DNA from: Candidatus Saccharimonadales bacterium
GTDB taxonomy: Bacteria; Patescibacteriota; Saccharimonadia; Saccharimonadales; UBA4665
Length of the DNA: 64,000 bases
Assembly (NCBI GenBank): GCA_035510355.1
Contig: DATKHF010000001.1
Span: 3,661 to 67,660, forward strand
Direction of reading: 5' to 3'
Shown: in pieces, positions 1 through 6,963 of the stretch
Layout of the letters: each line of letters opens with the position of its first letter
How positions within the stretch are numbered: the first letter of the stretch is position 1
Position numbers and translations under genes: made by a program
Notes under the pieces: generated by a model
Seen by the model: only the letters and a program-made list of their open reading frames with translations
What the model was told of the DNA's origin: nothing
Databases searched by the model: none

Positions 1-90
1 CATCGTATTTTTGGTCGTATAATAAATTCGCTCACCAGTTTCTTCACTGACGAGACCAATGATCTTTCGCTTATCACCTTTTTTTGCCAT
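1..90 (-). CDS. rpmG: 50S ribosomal protein L33, N-terminal part only (gene runs off left edge)
   Basis: Own translation of minus strand from ATG at 90-88: MAKKGDKRKIIGLVSEETGERIYYTTKNTM..., fits L33 core pattern G.R.Y.T.KN; absent from ORF track because truncated. Confidence 0.6.
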   Translation of the reverse strand, partial: MAKKGDKRKIIGLVSEETGERIYYTTKNTM

Positions 91-166
91 ATTGACGTTG
101 ATTGTATCAGATGTGGAGCAGTTTGTAAACTCATTAACAGGCTGTTGATACTAAAATAATGCTGCC

Positions 167-241
<75 letters not shown>

Positions 242-307
242 TTAAATTACTTGCCAATAGTAGCAAATACTCTCTGTTTTTGCTACACTTTAGAACTGTT
301 AGGCTAT

Positions 308-384
308 GCCGACGTAGCTCAGTTGGTCAGAGCGGCTGTTTTGTAAACAGCGGGCCGTGGGTTCGAATCCCTCCGTCGGCTCCA
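308..384 (+). tRNA. tRNA-Thr (anticodon UGU)
   Basis: GCCGACG-TA-GCTCAGTTGGTCAGAGC-G-GCTGT-TTTGTAA-ACAGC-GGGCC-GTGGGTTCGAATCCCTC-CGTCGGC-T-CCA; one U.U mismatch in T stem; encoded CCA. Confidence 0.85.
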
Positions 385-420
385 ACACATTAAATATAGA
401 TCTTTTAATGAAGTTAGCAT

Positions 421-505
421 GCAGGGATAGTGAAGTGGTTAAACACATCAGACTGTAAATCTGACGGCTCAGCCTTCGGGGGTTCGAATCCCTCTCCCTG
501 CACCA
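421..505 (+). tRNA. tRNA-Tyr (anticodon GUA), type II with long variable arm
   Basis: GCAGGGA-TA-GTGAAGTGGTTAAACAC-A-TCAGA-CTGTAAA-TCTGA-CGGCTCAGCCTTC-GGGGGTTCGAATCCCTC-TCCCTGC-A-CCA. Confidence 0.9.
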
Positions 506-568
506 CATATTTTACATCTGTTAAAATTGTTAGAGCATCCGGTACGTTAGAACTTTTAGGCTAGATCT

Positions 569-955
569 ATGATTTATATTGACTCAACGATACACCATGA
601 CTGGAATAGGAATTTTAATCCTAAACTATGCCAAGCTTTAGAAGACCTTGGTATTAGTTGCTATTTACCTCAGCGAGACACGAATCAGCAATCAGCACGA
701 CAGAGCATCTTCGATCAAAACCATAAAGCAATGGCAGAAGCGGATACTATATTGGCTGTTGCCGAAAATGAGTCTCCAAACTGGGGCGTAGAAATAGGTT
801 ATGCCAAGCCCTTCAAAAAACGAGTCATTATTTTAGCTCAAAAGGATCATCATATTCCAACTATGGCAGAGTTTCTTGCAGATGAGGTTTGTTTAGTCGA
901 CAATATTGAAAGCATTACAGACTATGCTAATAAACTTGCTGCAATGTTAAAATAG
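569..955 (+). CDS. Nucleoside 2-deoxyribosyltransferase-like protein (NDT/Rcl fold)
   Basis: 128 aa; ...AEADTILAVAENESPNWGVEIGYAKPFKKRVIIL... resembles the NDT-family D..(x)..E.G.A.. catalytic-Glu motif; family call from motif memory only. Confidence 0.5.
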   Translation: MIYIDSTIHHDWNRNFNPKLCQALEDLGISCYLPQRDTNQQSARQSIFDQNHKAMAEADTILAVAENESPNWGVEIGYAKPFKKRVIILAQKDHHIPTMAEFLADEVCLVDNIESITDYANKLAAMLK

Positions 956-986
956 TTCCGACTTTGTTAAGAACGCTGCACCAAAT
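955..986 (+). repeat. 32-nt cassette-end direct repeat, copy R1
   Basis: GTTCCGACTTTGTTAAGAACGCTGCACCAAAT; first base is last base of the upstream stop codon; 30/32 identical to R3. Confidence 0.85.
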
Positions 987-1100
987 TAGATAACAGAGAG
1001 GCTTCGGCAGATTGTAGAGCGCCAGTTGCGTTCAAGGACACGCCCACCTCTATACTTTTAGGTTCTAATCCTACAGCCTGTAAATTCTTGTATTCTACAG

Positions 1101-1129
1101 TTGACATAATTATTACTATTTGATATCCT
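1101..1129 (+). promoter_or_regulatory. Sigma70-like promoter for RelB/RelE-like pair
   Basis: TTGACA (1101-1106), 17 nt, TGaTATCCT (-10 at 1124-1129); only 6 nt before ATG 1136, suggesting a leaderless transcript. Confidence 0.5.
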
Positions 1130-1135
1130 TCATGT

Positions 1136-1438
1136 ATGAGTGATACATCTACCATACACGTACCATTAGAACCAACAATTCGTAAGAAGTTTACGACTAA
1201 GGCTAAAGAGCTGGGCTTTGATTCAGCACAAGCATACCTCCGGGTTATTATAAAAGCGGCGGTAGATGGTCGACGCATAGACCTTGATATTGATGAATGG
1301 GGACAACCTTCGCCCGAAGCAGCAGCTCGCTTGAATAAGTGGACGGCTGAGGCACTTAAAGCTTCTGAAGCTGGGGAACTACCTAGTTTTACTGACGCTA
1401 AGAGCATGATGGAATACCTCCAAAATGAAGCGCATTGA
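1136..1438 (+). CDS. Type II antitoxin (RelB/DinJ/ParD-like, putative)
   Basis: 100 aa; overlaps the downstream RelE-like toxin gene by 14 nt; small, N-terminal basic beta-strand/helix region typical of RHH antitoxins; assignment mainly by context. Confidence 0.55.
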   Translation: MSDTSTIHVPLEPTIRKKFTTKAKELGFDSAQAYLRVIIKAAVDGRRIDLDIDEWGQPSPEAAARLNKWTAEALKASEAGELPSFTDAKSMMEYLQNEAH

Positions 1439-1691
1439 GCTTCACCGCTCGTTTATCAAGAACTTCGCTAAACGCATAGCCAAAGATGAAAAGCTGGGTA
1501 TGCAATACGAGAAAAGAGTAGATATGTTCATAGGGGGACATCGTGATGCACCACTTTACGACCACTCTCTTACTGGCGATATGCTTGGTAGACGTGCTTT
1601 TTGGATCACAGGTGATATCCGAGTAATTTACATTGAGCTTGAAGATAAGATTCTCTTTATAGATGTAGGATCTCATAACCAGGTCTACTAA
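1425..1691 (+). CDS. Type II toxin, RelE/YafQ-family mRNA interferase
   Basis: 88 aa; ...DHSLTGDMLGRRAFWITGDIRVIYIELEDKILFIDVGSHNQVY matches the RelE/YafQ C-terminal pattern H.L.G...G.R...I..D.R.IY......G.H..VY. Confidence 0.7.
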   Translation: MKRIELHRSFIKNFAKRIAKDEKLGMQYEKRVDMFIGGHRDAPLYDHSLTGDMLGRRAFWITGDIRVIYIELEDKILFIDVGSHNQVY

Positions 1692-1888
1692 TATAAAAAA
1701 AGCTTTAGAACGTTGTTTCATCAAATAACCTTGATGTGAGCAGAGCATTAGTGGCATTATGTCGTCGATTGAGAAACCTAAACATTACTGTTCTCCTCAA
1801 CCCCTTTCACTGATACAATTCCATTGTTGTACGTAAACCCGAGCCTCTCTAATTTACTAGCCATAAGAAGTAAACAGGGGCAAAAGGT

Positions 1889-1920
1889 GTTCGAAGCCCG
1901 GGACACGCAACGCACCAAAT
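1889..1920 (+). repeat. 32-nt cassette-end direct repeat, divergent copy R2
   Basis: GTTCGAAGCCCGGGACACGCAACGCACCAAAT; same length, shares GTTC start and GCACCAAAT end with R1 (17/32 overall). Confidence 0.5.
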
Positions 1921-1963
1921 TGCTTATACTTGCATTTTATGTAATAACTGATTAAATGACTTG

Positions 1964-2236
1964 ATGAAACCTGAATTTGAAAAATACCGTGGTGAAAAAG
2001 GTGAAAAAAGACATCCAGTTAACGTGGCTGTGCCATTACCATTACGTGACTTGTTGGAGTTCGTTGCAACAGAAGAATCAGATTCATTTAGCGGTATCGT
2101 CATAGAGGGTCTTGGTCGGGTAATTGAGGATAGGCAAAGTGATCCTGAGTTTACTGTCCAATTCCTGGCTCATCTAGACGAACGGAGCCAAAGTATCGAA
2201 GAAGCTCGTCAAAGATTCTTAGGTACCGACCAATAA
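1964..2236 (+). CDS. Hypothetical protein (90 aa, acidic)
   Basis: ORF track 1961..2236 (TTG) but ATG at 1964 is preceded by TTGCAT(1930-1935)-17 nt-TAAATG(1953-1958)-5 nt; no recognisable domain. Confidence 0.5.
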   Translation: MKPEFEKYRGEKGEKRHPVNVAVPLPLRDLLEFVATEESDSFSGIVIEGLGRVIEDRQSDPEFTVQFLAHLDERSQSIEEARQRFLGTDQ

Positions 2237-2237
2237 A

Positions 2238-2269
2238 GTTCTGACTTTGTAAAGAACGCTGCACCAAAT
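2238..2269 (+). repeat. 32-nt cassette-end direct repeat, copy R3
   Basis: GTTCTGACTTTGTAAAGAACGCTGCACCAAAT; starts 2 nt after the stop codon at 2234-2236. Confidence 0.85.
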
Positions 2270-2273
2270 GCTG

Positions 2274-2302
2274 TTGAATTCGCACGCATATATTGCTACA
2301 AT
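2274..2302 (+). promoter_or_regulatory. Sigma70-like promoter for Phd/ParE pair
   Basis: TTGAAT (2274-2279), 17 nt, TACAAT (2297-2302); followed by GGAGGA Shine-Dalgarno before ATG 2324. Confidence 0.55.
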
Positions 2303-2323
2303 AGTTATTGGAGGAATATAATT

Positions 2324-2572
2324 ATGCCTAATATTTTACCTATCTCAGATTTACGTAACTATACGGAAGTCTTAAATAAAGTAGACGTAGATAAGCCGGT
2401 CTACCTCACGCGCAATGGTCGGGGTAGTTATGTAATCTCTAAGATAGACGACTATAATCATGAGAAAACAGTAGAAAACTTACTTAAAGAAATACAAAAA
2501 GGAGAGAAATCCCTAAAGGATAATGGCGTTCCTTTAGATCAGATCACAAAAAAATATAGTATAAGTTTATGA
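2324..2572 (+). CDS. Type II antitoxin, Phd/YefM family
   Basis: 82 aa; MPNILPISDLRNYTEVLNKVDVDKPVYLTRNGRGSYVISKIDDY... typical Phd/YefM N-terminus; 4-nt overlap with toxin gene. Confidence 0.8.
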   Translation: MPNILPISDLRNYTEVLNKVDVDKPVYLTRNGRGSYVISKIDDYNHEKTVENLLKEIQKGEKSLKDNGVPLDQITKKYSISL

Positions 2573-2874
2573 AAATTATATTTGCTCCTGTAGCAGAGCA
2601 AGATCTAGCCGATTTATTTAGCTATATTAGCAACGATTTAAGTAACCCAATTGCTGCACACAATATAGCCAATAAAATACTCCAGGTATCACAAAAGCTA
2701 TCAGACTTCCCAGGACTTGGTGCTGAGTTAAAAACGATAGACACTAGACTGGATAACTATAGGTATTTAATAGTAGATAACTACTTAATAATTTATAAGG
2801 TTATTGACCAGGAAGTTTATATACTGCGTATTCTATATGCTAGATCTGACTACGTTAAATTACTTGAAAAATGA
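2569..2874 (+). CDS. Type II toxin, ParE/RelE superfamily
   Basis: 101 aa; MKIIFAPVAEQDLADLFSYIS...YRYLIVDNYLIIYKVIDQEVYILRILYARSDY typical ParE layout; ATGA-coupled to Phd antitoxin. Confidence 0.75.
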   Translation: MKIIFAPVAEQDLADLFSYISNDLSNPIAAHNIANKILQVSQKLSDFPGLGAELKTIDTRLDNYRYLIVDNYLIIYKVIDQEVYILRILYARSDYVKLLEK

Positions 2875-2882
2875 CTAAACAG

Positions 2883-2914
2883 GTTCTGACTTTGTTAAGA
2901 ATGCTGCACCACAC
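2883..2914 (+). repeat. 32-nt cassette-end direct repeat, copy R4
   Basis: GTTCTGACTTTGTTAAGAATGCTGCACCACAC; its CTGCACCACA is identical to the 3' acceptor end plus flank of tRNA-Tyr (496-508 region). Confidence 0.85.
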
Positions 2915-2916
2915 TT

Positions 2917-3489
2917 ATGCTTAAAGTAATAATATTTGACTGTTTTGGGGTTATATATCCACAGGCTTCCGGAGTCTACCTTGATAAACGTAAAGAATTA
3001 TTCCAAAACCATACCGAAGAAATAGGCGAACTCAACTTGAGGATAGATTTAGGTGAGATAAGTCGGGCAGAGTATTTCGTTGGGCTAGAAAAGGTTACCG
3101 GTGTATCTGCGAAAGAAATTCAAGACGAAGTAGATAGGCAGCTTCGAGTAGACCAAGGCCTAATAGATGTAATCAAGAAACTTAAAGCAAAATATAAAAT
3201 AGGAATGCTGTCCAACGCTGGCAAAGAAGAGATTGATATTATATACCGCGATAAGATCGACAGCTTGTTCGATGCTTTAGCTGTATCTTATGAAGTTAAA
3301 TCGGTTAAACCGAACGCAGAAATATTTCTGGTCTGCTTAGATAGGCTGGGAGTTAAAGCCGAAGAAGCATTATTGGTTGATGACAGCATGGTGAATATAA
3401 AGGCAGCTCAAGATCTAGGTCTTCAAACTCTTTATTATCCTAAGTTTGGTAATATGCCAAAGGATCTAACTGAACTAGCGAGGTTCTAA
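2917..3489 (+). CDS. HAD-superfamily hydrolase
   Basis: 190 aa; N-terminal motif I VIIFDCFGVIY, later SNAGK and LVDDS (motif IV-like); second Asp of DxD replaced (D-C-F), as in some HAD subfamilies. Confidence 0.7.
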   Translation: MLKVIIFDCFGVIYPQASGVYLDKRKELFQNHTEEIGELNLRIDLGEISRAEYFVGLEKVTGVSAKEIQDEVDRQLRVDQGLIDVIKKLKAKYKIGMLSNAGKEEIDIIYRDKIDSLFDALAVSYEVKSVKPNAEIFLVCLDRLGVKAEEALLVDDSMVNIKAAQDLGLQTLYYPKFGNMPKDLTELARF

Positions 3490-3514
3490 CCATGTAGATT
3501 ACGCTGCCTAAGCA
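3483..3514 (+). repeat. 32-nt cassette-end direct repeat, degenerate copy R5 at MFS breakpoint
   Basis: GTTCTAACCATGTAGATTACGCTGCCTAAGCA; 20/32 to R3; overlaps HAD stop codon (3487-3489) and the first codons of the MFS remnant. Confidence 0.55.
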
Positions 3515-3752
3515 CTTTTCTGGTCTTGCGTCTGGTATTTTAAATACATCACAGCAAGTCGGGGGTGCAATCGGTCTTGCTGTACTATTGGTTGTTGCTT
3601 ATTCGACTATTAAATCTGACACTATTGCACATAGCCTCCCCGCAACCGCTCAAGTCCACGGTTATCAGAACGCCCTAGAAATTGGTGTTGGTCTAGCACT
3701 GGCTGGAGCTGTCGTTGTCGCATTAGTAGCAGGATATGTAGTACAATTCTAA
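3498..3752 (+). pseudogene. 3' remnant of an MFS (DHA2/EmrB-QacA-like) transporter gene
   Basis: Own translation, frame open from 3498 with no start: ITLPKHFSGLASGILNTSQQVGGAIGLAVLLVVAYS...VHGYQNALEIGVGLALAGAVVVALVAGYVVQF*; aligns to C-terminus of the MFS gene at 63362-64000 (HLSGLASGLINTAQQIGGSLGLAIL...VHGF). Confidence 0.7.
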
Positions 3753-3809
3753 TGAGCAAGTAACAGAGGCTTCACGATCAAAGATAAGATTAAAGCTAAA
3801 CTCCCTCTA

Positions 3810-4763
3810 ATGTGGACAGAGGCGCTGAGAGCGCTGCTTTGTATGGTACCGATGCTCTTTGCCAGCAGTATGAGCAAGACAACATATCTCGTAGCTCTTG
3901 GGCAAGGTGGTTTCTTTTATAGCGCATTATTTTTACCGAAAAAAATAAGCGCTCGGCTTGTCATGGGGATGTTAATACTAGGCCTCGGCTTAGGTTTTTA
4001 TCTCATAGGCGGGACAGTAGCACCAAATCCTTTATTAGCTGTATTCTTTACTTTTCTCGTGTGTCTCCTGCTCAGTTTTTTAAGTGGGTGGAAGATTGGT
4101 GGACCAATCGCCCTTACTCTCGTAATGATCTATACGGCTGGGCTCAATACTGGATCACCTGAAAGAGCATCAAAGAATTTTATAGTATTTGCTCTGGTTC
4201 TAACGTGGTGCGCTGCAATTTCTGTACTGCCTCTCTGGAAGCCTGTCCCGCCTCCGCCCGTAAATCCAGATATACCCAATGAGGAGCTCGCCGAACAAGG
4301 CTTTAGGCTAGGGATCGGTGCAGCTATCGCCTTAGCAATTTCCTATATTGCGGGATTTGCAAAACTTGGCTGGGCTCCCAGTGCCGTAGGCAACGTTGTA
4401 CGTTATGATGAGAAACTATCAAAGCTGAGAGCTTGGGCTCGATTTGCAGGCACTATTGGCGGTGCACTCTTAGCGTCCATCGCGCTAGCATTTATATCGA
4501 GCGTTACAGTAATTGTATGGATAGGTGCAATTTTTGCAATTATAAATGGATTATTTAAAAAGACTAAAGTCGGAATGATTCCTCTATTCTATACAGCAAC
4601 AATTTTATTACTATATAGTGCCAATGATATCTCAGCCGGAAAAACGAATATTATTCATCGGATATTCTATAACATTATCGGCATAACTGTTGGTATGTTA
4701 GTAGTTATCTATCCATTCCCACATATAATGAAAAAAATAAATCCCAAAGCAAGAGCAGCCTAG
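3810..4763 (+). CDS. Polytopic membrane protein (possibly FUSC/ArAE-type), function unknown
   Basis: 317 aa, many hydrophobic segments, PPPPV linker mid-protein; family guess is weak. Confidence 0.5.
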   Translation: MWTEALRALLCMVPMLFASSMSKTTYLVALGQGGFFYSALFLPKKISARLVMGMLILGLGLGFYLIGGTVAPNPLLAVFFTFLVCLLLSFLSGWKIGGPIALTLVMIYTAGLNTGSPERASKNFIVFALVLTWCAAISVLPLWKPVPPPPVNPDIPNEELAEQGFRLGIGAAIALAISYIAGFAKLGWAPSAVGNVVRYDEKLSKLRAWARFAGTIGGALLASIALAFISSVTVIVWIGAIFAIINGLFKKTKVGMIPLFYTATILLLYSANDISAGKTNIIHRIFYNIIGITVGMLVVIYPFPHIMKKINPKARAA

Positions 4764-4835
4764 CCAATTACATTGCATAACTGATAGCTTTGTGAGACAG
4801 TATGATCAATAAATTTATAAGGATCGGGGTAAGGT

Positions 4836-5066
4836 ATGTGGTATTTATTAGGAGTAATTCTTTGGGTAATCGTGGCGTTTTGGCCAGCTATGGTCGCAAA
4901 ACGTAAGGGACACAGTTTTGGTCTATTTTTCATTCTCAGTTTAATCTTTTTCTTCTTGTCACTGATCCTAGCCTATGTTGTTAGCGATCGGACTATGACA
5001 GCAAAGGATAAAGCTGACGATAGGGCTGCGGAAAAAGCGTTAGACCGAGAAGAGAATAGCATTTAA
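4836..5066 (+). CDS. Small membrane protein, unknown function
   Basis: 76 aa; two predicted TM segments then charged tail; GGGGTAAGG SD-like sequence upstream. Confidence 0.5.
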   Translation: MWYLLGVILWVIVAFWPAMVAKRKGHSFGLFFILSLIFFFLSLILAYVVSDRTMTAKDKADDRAAEKALDREENSI

Positions 5067-5387
5067 GCGGAGTGGTGAGAAGAGTAAAAGTTAGTATAAG
5101 CGCTAAAGTATCCATACTGTTGGATAGCGGAAAAGAATACATATAGGCTTACGTGGAGCATATTGCGTTGCTTAGCTTTGACCTAAGTTTTAATACCTAC
5201 TAATCTCTCATTCTTACGTTCCCGCTTCTATATATGGTTCATTGGTAATTACCTGCCGATCACTAGTCGGCCTAAACTCGCGGGCATAGCCTTGGTCGTA
5301 TCTGTTTTTTCTCGCTGTTTTAATGCTTAGTATGACCGAAGCCGTTTTCTCACTGACCCTGGAATGTTGTAAAGCAACAACCTAATC

Positions 5388-5411
5388 AAAAAACTACGAG
5401 CATCCTCGTCG
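5388..5411 (-). terminator. Intrinsic terminator after TPR gene (end of trpS-holB operon)
   Basis: Minus strand: ACGAG-GATG-CTCGT-AG-TTTTTT immediately after stop at 5416-5418. Confidence 0.5.
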
Positions 5412-5415
5412 TGCG

Positions 5416-6075
5416 TTAGACAATTACACGTTTGGGACGAAGAATACGTTTACGAGTGCCAGTTTTTTTGTCTGCAATCAATTTTTTCAGTTTGCTTTCA
5501 AGCACATCGGCATCGGCTGCCCTATCGTTATCTCGGTAGGCCTTAATTAGCAGTGTATACGTCTCTTTATTAGGCTCTAGCCTAAGTGCTTCCTCAAGTG
5601 ACTGGAACATCATCTTTTCATTGCCTAGCTTCTCCTGGACTTTAGCATAGGCCACATGACGTGCCGCTAAGTTATCCTCAAGCTTCAGAGCTTGCTCGAA
5701 AGCAATACCGGCTTTATCGTAGTTTTCGGTCTCGTAATAAATTAACCCGAGGTTATGTAAGCTGGAAGGCGTAGACTCAATACTACTCGCGATCTCAAAA
5801 CAATCAATTGCGTCTCGGTATTCCTTTTGCTTTGCATATAGGATGCCCAATCGATTATAGGCCGCTGCATTACGTTCATCAATTTTAAGAATGGTGAGTA
5901 ACGCTTTTTCAGCCCTAAAAAATCGGTTTTCGCGCATACCCTGATGAGCGATATCCCAGAGTTTACCAAGACGATCACTAAGTTTTCTTGGTACACCGGC
6001 GAATTCATCATCACGTAAAACTGTATGGTAATAGGTCAGCCCTGCGAAGCCGGCGATAATAAGTAGTTCGAACAC
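5416..6075 (-). CDS. TPR-repeat protein with N-terminal membrane anchor
   Basis: 219 aa; MFELLIIAGFAGLTYY hydrophobic N-terminus; repeated A..Y..LG..Y......A...F..AL TPR signatures. Confidence 0.7.
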   Translation of the reverse strand: MFELLIIAGFAGLTYYHTVLRDDEFAGVPRKLSDRLGKLWDIAHQGMRENRFFRAEKALLTILKIDERNAAAYNRLGILYAKQKEYRDAIDCFEIASSIESTPSSLHNLGLIYYETENYDKAGIAFEQALKLEDNLAARHVAYAKVQEKLGNEKMMFQSLEEALRLEPNKETYTLLIKAYRDNDRAADADVLESKLKKLIADKKTGTRKRILRPKRVIV

Positions 6076-6093
6076 GAATCTTATTATATCAGA

Positions 6094-6963
6094 CTATATG
6101 TGCAACAGTAGATTGAGTACCACTAATTTAGTCTGTGCGTTAACCAGCAGAGCATTTTGGGCATCATGGGCAGCAGTAAGGACTTTTTGCCAACGACGAA
6201 CAGTTTTATTATCGTGAGCTGCTGCAGCCCTCGCAATAGACACCTCCGCCATGCGCAGCAACGCCTGGGTGAGCTCAATAGCTTTCGTTCTGTCTTTAGC
6301 GAGACTATCAAGACGAGCTAGGCGGTCAAAGGTTGATAGTTGTAGCAGCTCACGAGCTTGATTAACGGCTTCGACTAAGGGATGGCTCTTTTCGTCATTA
6401 AGTAGCGCGTAAAGCAGCCCCGGTAAATTACCTCCCAGCACATATACCTGTTCAAAATTTTTGGGCTCAGCGTCGGCTAATTTCTCTAGCTGGGCTCGGC
6501 CGGGCGCCCGAATAGTTATTGTCTGTATACGCGATAAGATGGTCGGTAATAATTGCCGCGGGTTAGAAAACGTTAATATTATAACGGTGTCAGTCGGTGG
6601 TTCTTCTAAGCTCTTGAGTAAAGCATTCTGAGCTTCTAGAGTCATGGCGTCAGCATGTTCTATGATGACGAACCGTCGTAGCGTTGTAGTGCCAGTCGTT
6701 TTTAATTTTAAAAAATCGGTAAGTCCTCGAATTTGATCAATCGTAAGATTATTGCCCTCAGGTTCAATAAGCTTAAAATACGGATACTGCTCTAGCTTTG
6801 TAATTGGTTGTTGAGTGATTTCACTCACTAGCCATTTAGCAAGCGTCGTTTTACCGATACCGCCTGGACCAACCAACCCAAGAGCATGCGACGGGTTTTG
6901 GACAACAGATTCTAGCTCAAGACGGCCAACTTTATGCATTATTGGCTGATTCTGGACGCTCAC
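6094..6963 (-). CDS. holB: DNA polymerase III delta-prime subunit
   Basis: 289 aa; Walker-A-like GPGGIGKTTLA, FVIIEHAD, SRIQTITI (SRC-motif equivalent). Confidence 0.75.
   Translation of the reverse strand: MSVQNQPIMHKVGRLELESVVQNPSHALGLVGPGGIGKTTLAKWLVSEITQQPITKLEQYPYFKLIEPEGNNLTIDQIRGLTDFLKLKTTGTTTLRRFVIIEHADAMTLEAQNALLKSLEEPPTDTVIILTFSNPRQLLPTILSRIQTITIRAPGRAQLEKLADAEPKNFEQVYVLGGNLPGLLYALLNDEKSHPLVEAVNQARELLQLSTFDRLARLDSLAKDRTKAIELTQALLRMAEVSIARAAAAHDNKTVRRWQKVLTAAHDAQNALLVNAQTKLVVLNLLLHI

Larger units (their letters stand above)
506..3514 (+). mobile_element. Putative accessory islet / cassette array bounded by tRNA-Tyr 3' end and a truncated MFS gene
   Basis: All ORFs co-oriented (+) against the minus-strand core; two toxin-antitoxin pairs; five 32-nt direct repeats at cassette ends; last repeat at the MFS breakpoint; no recombinase seen in window. 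Confidence 0.4.

Noticed and set aside
299-508. 69-aa minus-strand ORF in the ORF track
   Set aside because: It lies entirely over tRNA-Thr(UGU) and tRNA-Tyr on the opposite strand. The open frame is a by-product of the tRNA sequences.
967-1757. Minus-strand ORFs 967-1407 (146 aa) and 1398-1757 (119 aa)
   Set aside because: They are antisense shadows of the RelB/RelE-like pair, which has clear family motifs and a promoter. They show no SD or promoter of their own. The 3' end of 967-1407 simply runs through repeat R1.
1778-1864. 28-codon minus-strand ORF (MASKLERLGFTYNNGIVSVKGVEENSNV) resembling the N-terminus of HicA toxins
   Set aside because: It is too short, lacks the GSH catalytic part and has no partner antitoxin. 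At most it is a relic of a decayed cassette, and this cannot be supported without a database alignment.
955-3514. CRISPR array interpretation of the 32-nt direct repeats
   Set aside because: The spacing is 300-950 nt and irregular. The intervals contain complete protein-coding genes. Repeat copies diverge by up to 47% (as low as 17/32 identity), and there are no cas genes in the window.
955-3514. Canonical integron attC sites
   Set aside because: The repeats are only 32 nt and begin with GTTC(Y)GA rather than ending in GTTRRRY. No RYYYAAC inverse core is present. The internal symmetry is limited to GTTCT/AGAAC. I therefore report them as att-like repeats of unknown type, not as attC.
5067-5387. 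Known housekeeping ncRNAs (tmRNA, SRP RNA, RNase P RNA, 6S) in the long spacers (also 9097-9303, 39117-39346, 52063-52460)
   Set aside because: I could not find the diagnostic motifs by eye. These are the tRNA-like GGGG.../...CCACCA ends of tmRNA, the SRP domain IV GGAA/AGCA motif and the RNase P conserved GAGGAAAGUCC. Only a covariance-model scan could settle this.
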